DNA of 59,746 nucleotides, counting the filler, from Dimargaris cristalligena (taxonomy: Eukaryota): the NCBI GenBank assembly GCA_003614675.1. It is 9 parts of 9 records of this genome, joined end to end, with 100 filler letters (N's around TTAATTAATTAA, not from the genome) between each part and the next. Parts side by side here need not be neighbours in the genome. Positions count along the whole stretch, not along the records: positions 13,406 to 19,983 come from ML003503.1; positions 20,084 to 26,643 come from ML003504.1; positions 26,744 to 33,295 come from ML003505.1; 6 more parts are not named here. One strand, 5' to 3'. Below are positions 13,498-27,336 of this stretch, in pieces. Position numbers and translations under genes: made by a program. Each line of letters begins with the position of its first letter. Positions within the stretch are counted from its first letter, which is position 1. A model generated the notes under the pieces. The model did no database searches. It was not told the DNA's origin and saw only the letters and a program-made list of their open reading frames with translations.

Positions 13498-14286
13498 ATA
13501 TCATCATTGCCTTGGGTTAAATATTGGATGGATTATTACCGTGGACTGGGCATTGGACGGAGGAGGCGTGCGAGTCTGTTTCCCTTCATACACACCAATA
13601 GACTCCGGCCACCCGTTGTCAGTAATAGTTTCCATCCACCAATGTAAGAACGAAATTGAATGGTATGGTATGGTGGGGTAAAAGCCCTTTAATTGTACAA
13701 GGGAAGGGCCTCCTTCTTCCACTGGCTGGGCCTACACCGTGCCCCAATCCTTCTTGAGGAGGGGGGGGGGCATCTGTCTATTAACACCTATGGTGCTCTC
13801 CTTTAGACAATCAATTACTACTTGGTTCCTCCTTCTCCAACCCAACCCACATGAATTGGCAAATACATGGTGTAAATACCATTTACGGACCAACAAGGGC
13901 CACGCAAGTCGGTAGAGATTGGCACTGGACGAGAGAACGAGAGAACGAGAGAGGTGGCAATTATATACTGGTCGCTCAGCCTAGCCAGAAGTAATCTCCC
14001 GGATAATCTCACCAGGCCAATTCTTGAGATATTGGATTGCATTGATATAGTAAGGGAGAGGAGAACCCTGCAGGGAAGGCTCTGGATAAAACTATACGCT
14101 TCTTCCCATGAGCTTTATAACAGCCCATTCCTCCACCACCACCATCTTTCCTACCTTATATACCTGACCAGTATCCTCATTTCTGTTATTCACCCCAGTC
14201 CCATTGCCTCCCGACGTCTACGCTCCCCTCAACCCGCCCATTCCCCTCCTACTGCCACTCCCTTGCCAGGCACTCGCTCACTCACT

Positions 14287-15045
14287 ATGCGCGCCTACAT
14301 GTACAACGACCAAGCCACCAGCGAGGCCCACGAGAAGGTCCCCAATGAACCTGTAGACCTAGAGGCTTTGGCCCGCCTCGGGGTTCTCTATTGGGCTTGC
14401 GACGGCCCCGACGGTCGAGAAAAGATGGAGCAAATCGCCCGAGACCGCGCCTACAAGAACCGTGACGAAGTGGTCATCTCCCCCGACCGGCTGCCCAACT
14501 ACGAGGAAACACTCAAAATCTTCTTCACCGAGTAAGTACGACACTCGCACAACCATACACCTATACCATCATCCCAGAAAACCCCATATTAATGTGCTCT
14601 TGGAGACCCGCTTCTTGACCCCCCTTTTTCCTCACCCAATGATCCCCCCACCTGCGCTAATCTCTGCTCCCTTATTATATACTTCGAAATACATGGATCA
14701 TCAATATTAACTACCCCCTTACTCTTCGCCACTCGACCTTGATCCTGGGACATCGCTAACAGACATATCCACGAAGACGAGGAAATCCGCTTTATGCTCG
14801 ACGGGTCGGGCTACTTCGATGTGCGGGACCAAAACGACCGGTGGATCCGTCTACAAGTTACCGCCGGTGACTTGATTGTGCTACCCGCCGGCATCTACCA
14901 CCGTTTTACCCTCGACAACTCCAACTACATCCAGGTGATACGTTTATTCCGTGACCTCCCCAAGTGGGAGGCCATCAATCGCCCCCTGGCCGACCAGATC
15001 GAGTGCCGCCGCATTTACTTAGAGAGTCTCCTGCAGGCCGCTTAA
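14287..15045 (+). CDS. ADI1: Acireductone dioxygenase (methionine salvage); exons 14287-14531, 14763-15045
   Basis: Spliced product contains [21 protein letters not shown] and [17 protein letters not shown] (ARD cupin motifs). GTAAGT donor and CTAAC-AG acceptor keep frame. Confidence 0.95.
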
Positions 15046-15375
15046 TCATCATTACGTATTATCCTACGTACCCCACCGCCCCCCAACTCACACTCTTCTC
15101 ATAGTGTAGCCAATTCCACACTATGCCCATTTAAATGGTTTAAAAACATTCCCCGGCAACCTTTATTATCCCTACTTATTTATAAATCAATACACATATG
15201 GCCACAATATAGTGGCTATGCAATCAACCACCATGAGGGAGAGGGGTCAACTAAAACAGTTCACGGTCAATCGGTTTCCAGATGACGCATCGCCTAAATG
15301 TTTATATCAACTTATATATATTTATTATAAAATGGTTGGCGAGTATATATGGTTAAAGAGGGCGGCTAGCCGTTA

Positions 15376-16833
15376 TTACGGAGCAATGCGGCGACGTAAG
15401 GCCTCGGCTTCCTGGGCCATAAATTGGATTTCGTCGTCATATGTTCGCTCATCGTCACTAAAAAACCCCACCGATTGAATTCGATATTTAGTTTAGTGAT
15501 ATACAGTTTAAAAAATCAGCAAGCCATTGTAGACAAATAGTCGTCAGTCCAATTAGACGTACAAGCGGATCGGGAGATAGTCGTCGGAAGTGGCGACCAA
15601 GAGTACTCCGTCAGTCGTAATTAAAACTGTAATGAAATACTAAATAAAGCATATATGCTTATCAACGGACAGCCAACTAAATCCACCACTTACCTATCGT
15701 CCTCCGCACCACTGCCATTGTCGTTCCCCTGGTCATCGTCATCACTATACGCATTGTGTTGGCGGGGAAGATCATTAAGGGACACTTCGGCAATCTTTTG
15801 TAGGGCGGCTTCGAGATTGGCCTCCTCGAGCGTTCGCAGGTGTTCGTTTTGGAGCTGGATGGACTCTTCGACACTAATTACTTTAACACAACTCTGGGCC
15901 TAATCAGATATTCCCGGACCAGTCCAACGGTATTTATATAGGGGTCGTACAAGGAGAGGTGCACAGGGTGGTTTGAATAAGTCAGGAAATATACACCACA
16001 ATAGTCTTAAGTGAAATGGCTATCCTTAACGTAGTAGGAACGCACCGCCTGCCTAGCTTTAAAACGGCTACATTAGATTCACCAATAGAGGCTAAAAATG
16101 GAAACCCATATATACTTACCCGAGCTTGTCGGGGTCCGATGGATTGGCGACGGGTAATACTCCCTGGTTTAGCCGACCCACTCTGGCCGGATGGTAAAAA
16201 GGTACTAGGAGTGGCATCCGGTTTGTCCGAGTTGCTGCTGGTGTTACGGGCGGGGTCCGACTTCGTCACGCTATCCGAGTCCAAATCCATCGCCGATGTT
16301 GACTCAGGTAGTTCTAGCGTCTTCAAGCGTTCACGGATAAGGCCATTGGTATGAATGATCCGAGCCCCCTTGTCAGGTAAGCTCCGCACCATTTTCCTGT
16401 AACGGGGTGGTAACAGACGAGGTTCACCGCCACATAATACATATGAAGAAAAATAAGAGAATTTTGCCGACTGTTAAAACATCCAGCGACCCAGATGGTG
16501 ACTCAATTTAGATGGTAAATATATAATAAAACCCAAGACGAAGCCCGGTACTATTCTGCAGCAAAAATTCAGTGACTCAACTTACCCGTCTTTCAAAAGG
16601 GCTAGGTTCTTCGCCAGCAAATCTTGAAGTCCAGTCACTGATAGATGCTCAATGTCTTTAACCGGCCCCATGCGCTGTCCCAGGATGGTGAAGCTGAACA
16701 CATTCCTTCGGCTACGGGGAACTGGTGAGCGTAGAGACGAATTGGTCGAATGGGCAGTAGTGCCCCGGGGCTCCGCCGAGGGATGCGTCACTGGGGATGG
16801 GTTAGGCGAATTAGTGGGGGAATCGCAGTCCAT
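15376..16833 (-). CDS. Putative Gdown1/POLR2M (GRINL1A)-like Pol II-associated protein; exons 16833-16586, 16396-16120, 15899-15694, 15457-15376
   Basis: Phase-consistent GT-AG splicing gives LSVTGLQDLLAKNLALLKDG|KMVRSLPDKGARII (LPDKG motif) and C-terminal KVISVEESIQLQNEHLRTLEEANLEAALQKIAE plus an acidic tail. This matches my recollection of both conserved Gdown1 regions. Confidence 0.68.
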
Positions 16834-17432
16834 GGCGTCGAATTGAAACAAAGTCGGTCAAATAAGTAAAGTACAGGCTGGGAGCAATTCGACCCAGCTA
16901 TATAGTGTATATGTATTCCTTAGGAGTTTATTGACCTATTCAAGTCAGATGTTGCAACGGGGGAGGATGGTTAGGTCAGTATTGGTAAAGGCATGTCAAT
17001 GAGAGGACCAAAAGACGATAAGTATATATCATTGGTATATTGCTGGTGCAACCTTCAGAAAAGACGGACAGCTTCAAGGTTGGACGATCCCTCTCTCGAC
17101 CAATAGCGCACTGCCCAGCACCTTTGCCACAACTACCCTACTGAGCAAGTGGCAAACAGTAGTACTCGTCGGCTAGGTAGCAGAGCTACAAATGCTATGA
17201 AAATAATAACTATCTTCTCACTCAAAATATCCTCATGTTTAAATAGTATATTAATTATAATTATTAAAGGTCTAAGCAAACTATATTCATCTGGTTTGAT
17301 ACTTATTTTGACCCTACTCGGCACATCTGTAGTGCTGCAAAGTGCAGGTAGGGAACCTTTTGACGAATTGCCCGATTCCTTTACCGGTTACGATTACATT
17401 ACCAACGGATACCACAATTTCTGCAATCATAT

Positions 17433-17568
17433 GGATGAAACTCGGCCCCTCTGTATAACTATATGAATGCTACGTGTATAGGAAAATATTCAGGAAAATC
17501 ACTTTTAACCAGCCGTAGTTGTCTCATCCAATGGATTTTTTGTTATACAGCCTGGTTAAACCCCTCTT
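17433..17568 (-). mobile_element. Degenerate full-length copy of the 136-bp MITE
   Basis: CATAT-GGATGAAACTC...CTCATCCAATGGATTTTTTGTTATACAGCCTGGTTAAAC aligns to the 43260 copy with many substitutions. Confidence 0.6.
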
Positions 17569-17737
17569 ATGGTAAGGCGAATACGAGTTTATGCAATTCA
17601 AGTCAATAGCTCAGATTGAGGTAGAGCCTACTTTCTAATTGTATTCAGTCTTGGTGTGAGACCAAATATAGGATCAATCCAAATTACATAATTAATTAGG
17701 CGGGTATCAATCTTTAACCAACCCAGGTGGGATACCT

Positions 17738-19622
17738 TCACTGCTGAGAGAGTTGGCCAATGATCAAGTCTAGTTTCTGGTTAACCTCGGCATGGTTCTG
17801 CCGAATAAGATTTTGTAGGCTGGCCTCCTGTTGAGCCAGTTTGTCGTCAATGTAGGTTTTAATGACTTGTACCAGTGCTGCATCAAATGCCGGCGGATCA
17901 GCAACTCCAGATGGGGAATTATCCGAGACCAACGACGTCTTCAAACAGAGATCCACTGGGTTGGAAACGGCAGATGATGTAGGCAAGGCTTCTGGTACCG
18001 AACTACCTCCTAATAAGCCGGCTATACCTACGGGAGGCTGTCCTGTATTGAGCGAACCCAAGAGCGAGGTGAGCAGGGGCAGATTTGGTGGGACCGCACT
18101 AGCGGTTTGCTACGATTAACAACGGTGTTATTAAATGAAGAAATGGCCAAAAAAACAGACGAGAGTTAGGCACTAAATGTGTCCCAGTAGAATGCATAGC
18201 CGCAGAGCAGAATTAACGTGCAATTTCTGGGCTTTTACGCACACTTGGAAGGTGGAAGTACAACTACATGATTCAAAATGGGCTATTGACGTACCAAATG
18301 AGACATGGGCGGGGAAAGGGCGTCTGCAAGCAGGGTTTGTAAAGCAGGTAGGTGCTGAATCAGGCCAGCAGAGTTGCCCATTGTCAGAGGCTGTAGGTGC
18401 ATGTAGAAATAAAACGTTCAGTATCAGTTTATTGCTACGGACGTAACCAAAAAGGCACATACCACGAGGAAGGGATACAGATTATATACACGTTGGACAG
18501 AGACGCACATACCTTTTCGATGGCTACGGGAGTAAAACGAGACTCCACACACACAGTCAGGTTGGCAACACGTAAAGTAAGCTTTTCCCCCGAAGGCCGG
18601 GACAGGAACTTGGCATTTCAACAAGTAATATGGTGAGGGATATTTGCGTGTATTAATGTATTAGGTATTGGGTATTGAATACGTGTGATATTTCTAATCT
18701 AGCCCCCCCCCCATTTGAAAATAGCCTTGGAAACCCGTACAAAAAGAAACTATATACCGACGAATAGGCACATGTAGGCTTACCTTGAGAGAGAGATGTG
18801 TGCAATTTGTCAAAGACATTGGATAGGCATCTCGCCGTACGATTGTAAAATACCACGCCGGTCTGTATTACGTGTATGATCAGTAGGCCAGACCCACAAT
18901 GGGAACACGAACCCAATATATTGGTTAGTAAGGCCTGGACTGTCAAACCGTTTGGGGGCAAGCGAGGCGAAAGGATAGCTAGGCACTGGTGCTATGGAGA
19001 GCAACCAGGGTCACATGGATCAATTATACAAGCAAGTCCAATTACCCCTCATGTATATCATCCACCATTTCCTTGGGCAGCGGTATACCCCGAGCGGTAC
19101 CAAGATACGTGGATCCCTCGCGGATTTCAATATGGCGAGCATTCGAAACGATATGGAGCTCAATCCAGTCAATGTGGACCGGCTGCAGACGGGAATTCCC
19201 GGAGCCCAAGCTGCCCTCTATCCTCAGAGTGACGGTGGGGATGGTTCCAGGCGCGGACTCTTCGTCGTGACTGGCGCTCTCGACGGGGGACAAAACCAGC
19301 CCCGGGTCAAGCAAGCGGGGCCGGACCGCGTCGAGGGATTCGGTGGCCGTAGGCAGGGCTACCGGAGGATTAAGTCAAACCCACAGACCATTAGGTGAAG
19401 ATGGATGGTGGGTTAGTCGAGGGCTTCAGTTTTAGTTGGTAATGCGCCGTTGGATAAAGCAAGCAAATGGGGAAGGACAGTTGAATGTTACCCACCTGGG
19501 GCGACGGCTACTCGGTAGTAGGGCTGCCAGGGGTCAGCCGGGGTGTTGGGTGGCGACTCCTCATTCCAATTCGACTGGACTCTGAGTATGGGATGACCAA
19601 CTGGCGTTTTAAGATCGGTCAT
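17738..19622 (-). CDS. Putative PAAT/C10orf88 (DUF4506)-like protein; exons 19622-19496, 19358-19046, 18862-18784, 18608-18513, 18390-18295, 18109-17738
   Basis: Six phase-consistent exons. Motifs VQSNW, IVSNARHIEIREGSTYLGTARG, HLSLK|FLS and C-terminal coiled coil KTYIDDKL...QKLDLII resemble C10orf88 as recalled (SSW, LSSARNMEVY..EEYCGTSRG, KIKLLS, YIDQRI...DKIALLL). Confidence 0.62.
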
Positions 19623-19983
19623 GGCGGGCAATAGTGTAACAACAGTTGAATGGACTTTGGGACCCGAACACTATTTAATTTACTATATTTAAAACCCTGG
19701 ACTGCAATGTGAAAAGCGGGTTTTCCCGTTCTAAGACGGCTGAATGGTGTGGAAGTGGGGTCCCCCCAACACATGAGCCTTCCGACCTTCCTATCTGGGG
19801 AACAACAGCTGCATACCTCCCAATCATCCCAGGTTAAATAACCCCAATACAAGGCCAACTCTTAACACAAGTTTCGAGATAATTCGTTTTTAAAAAACTC
19901 ATTATGTTAATAGAGGGGAAAGAAAAATTTTTCCGTAAAAATATTACTTTCCCCGAAGTAGAAAGGAAAAATTTCCATGCGAA

Positions 19984-20083
19984 NNNNNNNNNNNNNNNNN
20001 NNNNNNNNNNNNNNNNNNNNNNNNNNNTTAATTAATTAANNNNNNNNNNNNNNNNNNNNNNNNNNNNNNNNNNNNNNNNNNNN
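19984..20083. other. Artificial contig spacer
   Basis: N44-TTAATTAATTAA-N44. Confidence 0.97.
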
Positions 20084-20460
20084 GTTATCCTACACCAAAC
20101 ACCCACCGCCCCACTCACCCCGGTCGAGTATGACCGGGAAATGAACCATATTCTCGATCGGTTAGAGAAACTCTTTGGGGATATCTGATAGTAGTATCTT
20201 CCCCTGATTATCCGCTTCCAACGCCCTCCTTTTACTGTTTTAGAGGGACATCCCGGTAACTGTTTCATTATTTTACATTGGGCGTCCCCTTGGTTTACCC
20301 TGGGCAACCACTCTAGTGACGTACTCGTATGTACCGCGGCATTCCCGTCTATTTTCTTTTTGGATATTTTAATTTGTATTTTTGGGGTTTCTGGTCCTGT
20401 ACCCGAACCCGGGTATATGAAACATACGGCCTTTATATTTTCATCATCGGAGGATTCCAT
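20084..20460 (-). CDS. Possible 5' end of a hypothetical protein (MESSDDENIKAVCF...), open at contig edge
   Basis: ATG-initiated frame open to the gap; no recognisable motif; may contain an intron or be a relic. Confidence 0.25.
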
Positions 20461-21784
20461 AGTGGACGAATGGTCCAATCGAAATCTCGCTCGTCTAGCT
20501 ATACAGCTCAGGCCATTAATTGCTTTTTTTGCCCACCTAGTCGTCCGATGCACACTATACCCACTGTTGTTCTCACACATTTTACATTTGTATATTAACT
20601 TCCGGCAATACCAACCCTCGATTCCACCTACTTAAAGTAATTCCCTGACCCGCCACCCGCCGGATGGACTAGGTAATGGTTCGAATGTATAGGGCGCCTG
20701 TGGGTGTAAAGCGAAATCCAAAGAGAGGTGCTGAAAATAAAGTTAAGGAAAATGGTCCATCTTATTAATGGCGGAGATGCACTATTTATTGACTTTTATA
20801 GTTAAGTCGTGTTAGGGTTTTAGGTAGAGCACTGAGCCGCGGGGGGGGGGGTTGGTTGGTCACTTCGGCCACAGCCTTCCCGTATTCGATCTTTCCGAAT
20901 TACAGGAGAAGGGCTATTGGCCGAGAATTAAACGTGGCCACCGCACTAATTGGTCACCGCCCTCATTCTAATGTGATTTAATTACAGAAACGTAGCTTGG
21001 CGATGTTTTTTTTGAAGAGCCGGGGGATGAGGAGGAAATAATCCCTTTGACCAGATATTCTGAAGTGGGATATAATAGGTTTGGTGAATTTCCAGCAGGT
21101 ATTTGGAAAGGGGAAGTTCGCTCTTTTGGCCCGTCTAGGTGGGGCTATAGGCTTGCCAGATTGGAAAGCCTAGTATAGCCCAGAGGGAGTAATGGCGCAA
21201 AGGCTCGAGAAGGTCACCAGCAGGCCCAAACCTGGTTAGGGAATCTCACTTGGCTATATCCCCAAATGCCTCTGTAATCAGCTTGCACTAAACTGCGTAG
21301 GCGCCTTTTCCAGACCCTATATTTCAGAAGGCTATGAGATAGTGTCCCGTCTTTGTACGAAACAAAGCCCCGCTTTGCACTGATGATGGTGGCCTCCGTC
21401 CGCGTTCCCTTAAATGAACCGAAATAAAGCTTACAGAATACCTCGGCCATTTCGCCCAGCAGGGCCGTATAAGCGAAGTGGCCTGATCCTTAAATATCGA
21501 GAACTCTATATATCAATATGAGCACTTTGTCACCCTCCCCTTTTTACGTCCATTGGGGATAGACTGCCTAATTATAGGGCCTCTTACTGGACTCGCGTTT
21601 AGAATAAAGATTTATAGGCGTGTTGGCGGTTCATTATCAGCAGAGAAGCGGTAACCAAAGTCACTACAAAATGGCACAGCTTGGGCGTGGCTAAAGAGAA
21701 ACAGATGATTGGCGAGGGGGGAATGAACGTCACTGTATGTAAAAAATCAATGGTGGGGGGAGGGGGTTGCAGGCAAACGGGTGC

Positions 21785-24167
<2,383 letters not shown>

Positions 24168-24772
24168 ATAGGCTGGCGAAGTGGGACTACCGACGGGAGG
24201 GGAGATGGGGGAGGAATGGAGGCAATGGGAGTGAAATGAGAAAGGCAGTTGCGTAGGGGAAGGTTAAGGAGATGAAGGGACATGGGGACTGGAGCCGGCT
24301 TTGCCAGCGTAGGTGTGTTGGGTTGGAGACGAGACGACCAGCTGCTGCCCGTCTCTCCCGCTATTGACCGCGGCTGCGTCAATGCCAAGCAAGGGAAGGG
24401 GGCAGTTAGTTGAAGGCCCACCGCTGTATGCGCCTAGGCGAAACTGCCCCGCTTCGCCTGCTTTGCCCTCCTTCTAGACTAGAAATTCCCCCACCCATGG
24501 GGCTAAAAGCAGGTGGGCCAGGAGGGGGTGTAGGGTATTGTTTATAGGAAGTGGCCGTTGTGCCAGATCAACATTCCCCATTGATAAATGCAGGGGAGTT
24601 GGCACCCGCACCCAAACCAGCCACCCCAGGGCAGCTTGGTGCCATATTACGGACTCGGCCCAACCGCCGTCGTCTTCGAGTTGCACTTTACCTTTAATTC
24701 CGGGCCTCGAGCGAGCCTCTTTCTACCTGTTTCCGCGAACCTCCGCACCGTACCTTTTCCACAAACCCCCCC

Positions 24773-25921
24773 ATGTCCGGCCTTGCCAAAGCGAACCACG
24801 CCATGGTCCGAGGCGCATTTATTCTTCTGGAGGGCTGCGATCGTACCGGCAAGTCAACCCAGGCCGAGCGGCTGGTGGACGCCCTGAACCGCCGAGGCCA
24901 GCGCGCTCTTCTCTGGAAGTTCCCCGGTAAGTATACTCACTGTATCCCAGGTCTTTGCTCTGTTGCAGTACCATAAAGGCGAAGGGCATGCCCCTTCGAC
25001 TGGTCCACGGAACCGCCAAAGAGCCGAGTCCCCATATCACTTTATCTTCTTCAGCCGGATCGCCCTTATTTACGGCGCCTCTAGTTACTAAACGGCCAAC
25101 CCCCTCCACTCGCACAGATCGAACCACCCGCATAGGCCAAATGATTGATGGCTACTTGGCCAAGGGGCAGGACCTCAACGACCAGGCGGTTCACCTCCTA
25201 TTCTCGGCCAACCGGTGGGAAGCCATTGGGCAAATCCAGGCCCACCTGCGCGAGGGTACCCATTTAGTCGTGGACCGCTATGCCTATTCAGGGGTGGCGT
25301 TCTCTGCGGCCAAGGTACGTACACGGCCACGTATATCTACAATTTAGCCGAGCCCCTATCCCGGTGGTCTTCTGAACATATCCCCCTCCTTCTTTTCTAA
25401 CCTCGTGAAAGTGTTTTTTTCTGCCTCCTCGCCCGAACCGCAACAGGGACTCGACCTCCACTGGTGCAAACAGCCCGATGTTGGCCTGTTAACCCCCGAC
25501 CTCACGTTTTTTCTGGACATGTCCATCGAAGAAAGTATGAACCGGGGTGGCTTCGGCCAGGAGCGTTATGAAAAGGTGGCCCTGCAAACCCGAGTCCGCG
25601 AAATGTTCCATGCCCTCCGTGAACCCGATTGGAAGGTAAGGCGGACTCCACAATCTGTATGATATTGAATATATTCTGCCAGGTTTCCCGACATATACCC
25701 GTTTTGCTAAACGGCGCCTTTCCCGCGATTAATACCTTGGCTAACTGATTCTTCCACGGGTGGAGTTTGCCTTGCCCCGCCCCTATTCCTTTGGCTATGT
25801 CCAGGTCATTGACGCCACGCAGACTAAGGACCAAATTCACGCCGAGCTATTGGGAATAGCCCAGGCCACCATTGGTTGCGTCGGCAACACAGAGCTCAAG
25901 CACACGTTATGGACCGTCTAG
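24773..25921 (+). CDS. CDC8: Thymidylate (dTMP) kinase; exons 24773-24926, 25118-25314, 25447-25635, 25805-25921
   Basis: RGAFILLEGCDRTGKST P-loop, FP|DRTT, HLLFSANRWE, DRYAYSGVAFSAAK, GFGQERYE. Canonical splice sites keep frame. Confidence 0.95.
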
Positions 25922-26563
25922 ACGTACCCGATTGCCCACCACCCCCCATCCAAATATATATAGTCCTTTATACTCGTTATTGTCCAGTTCTTGGTTTTGG
26001 CAACCTGGCGTCTTTTTACTAAGTCATACATCCCATTCGTTGATTTTTAAGAACTTGGCGTGGTGCTAATGAGCTGGTCCCCGTTGGCAATTGGTATTTA
26101 GCTTGACATGCCCCTTGGCTTAGTCGAGTTAGTGCGGTGTAATATCCCAAGGTCGAATTTGACCTCAAGTGGCTAGAGGGTTAGTGGTTCGCAGGGCCCC
26201 GCCCTCTATATGGCGCAAAGGCCAAAGCAGCATTTGCAATGACAAATGGGCTGCGGAATTAACCAGTGCGTTGCCTATCCATGTTTTCATTCATAAGCCA
26301 AAAGAAGCAACCTGGGCTGCGGATGCCTCAGGTGGGAGGGCAAATCCTTAAAGGCCGAAACCACTACAACTACAACACCCACTACCACTCCTCTCCGCTT
26401 ACTTTTGCCTGGTTTCAATAAATTTTTTTAGTTCAAGGCCCCATTCCACATCCATGGAGCTTTCCCACTTAGTCTATTAACTGTTGGCATAGTCCATGTG
26501 AATACGCCCATTCCCGTAAATTATACTGCGCCATTCTATTCCTTCACCTCTATATTACTCCCC

Positions 26564-26643
26564 ATGGCTTCTTCTGACACCAACTCCGTTGACTCGTTGC
26601 CAGCCAGGACCCCCATTGAGGCTGGTGTATCCGAGTCCTTGTC
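26564..26643 (+). CDS. Possible 5' end of a gene (MASSDTNSVDSLPART...), truncated
   Basis: CCCATGG start context after a pyrimidine-rich leader; frame open to the gap. Confidence 0.3.
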
Positions 26644-26743
26644 NNNNNNNNNNNNNNNNNNNNNNNNNNNNNNNNNNNNNNNNNNNNTTAATTAATTAAN
26701 NNNNNNNNNNNNNNNNNNNNNNNNNNNNNNNNNNNNNNNNNNN
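26644..26743. other. Artificial contig spacer
   Basis: N44-TTAATTAATTAA-N44. Confidence 0.97.
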
Positions 26744-27336
26744 GTCTGATTATCTCGGTGATGCAGGCGGTGTTCTCGGCTATGTTCTACTACGCGCCGA
26801 TTGCCTTGTACCAGGGGGCGCTGATGGTTGGGTACACGACCGTTTACACCATGGCGCCGGTTTTCTCACTGGTGCTGGACCAGGATATTGCGGATGATAC
26901 CGCCATGTTCTACCCGGAGCTGTACAAGGAGCTCACCAAAGGCCGGTCCCTATCATTTAAGACTTTCTTCTGGTGGCTGCTTATCAGCGTGTACCAGGCG
27001 GGCGCCATTATGATGCTGGCCATCTGGCTCTTCGATACGGAATTCATCCACATTGTGTCGATTTCGTTCACGGCGCTTATTTTCAACGAACTCCTGATGG
27101 TGGCATTTGAAATCAACACCTGGCACCGGTATATGATATACTCGGAAGTGGGATCACTGTTGATTTACATCTTGTCGATTTATTTCCTCAAATCCGACTT
27201 CGACCCGGCCTTCATGCTGACGTGGGCATTTATATGGAAATTGGGGGTCATTATCCTGGTTAGCTCGTTCTCATTGTACGTCGTGAAGCTGATTCGGCGG
27301 CGGTACGCGCCACCTAGTTACTCCAAACTTACTTGA
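26744..27336 (+). CDS. NEO1: P4-ATPase phospholipid flippase Neo1/ATP9, C-terminal part (5'-truncated)
   Basis: [48 protein letters not shown] and terminal PPSYSKL are Neo1/ATP9 hallmarks. Confidence 0.93.

Noticed and set aside
24168-24772. Divergent VPS1/CDC8 pair, and a dTMP kinase in the same window as a dUTPase
   Set aside because: Head-to-head genes are ordinary in compact fungal genomes. The dUTPase is on an unrelated contig, so this is not a nucleotide-metabolism cluster.
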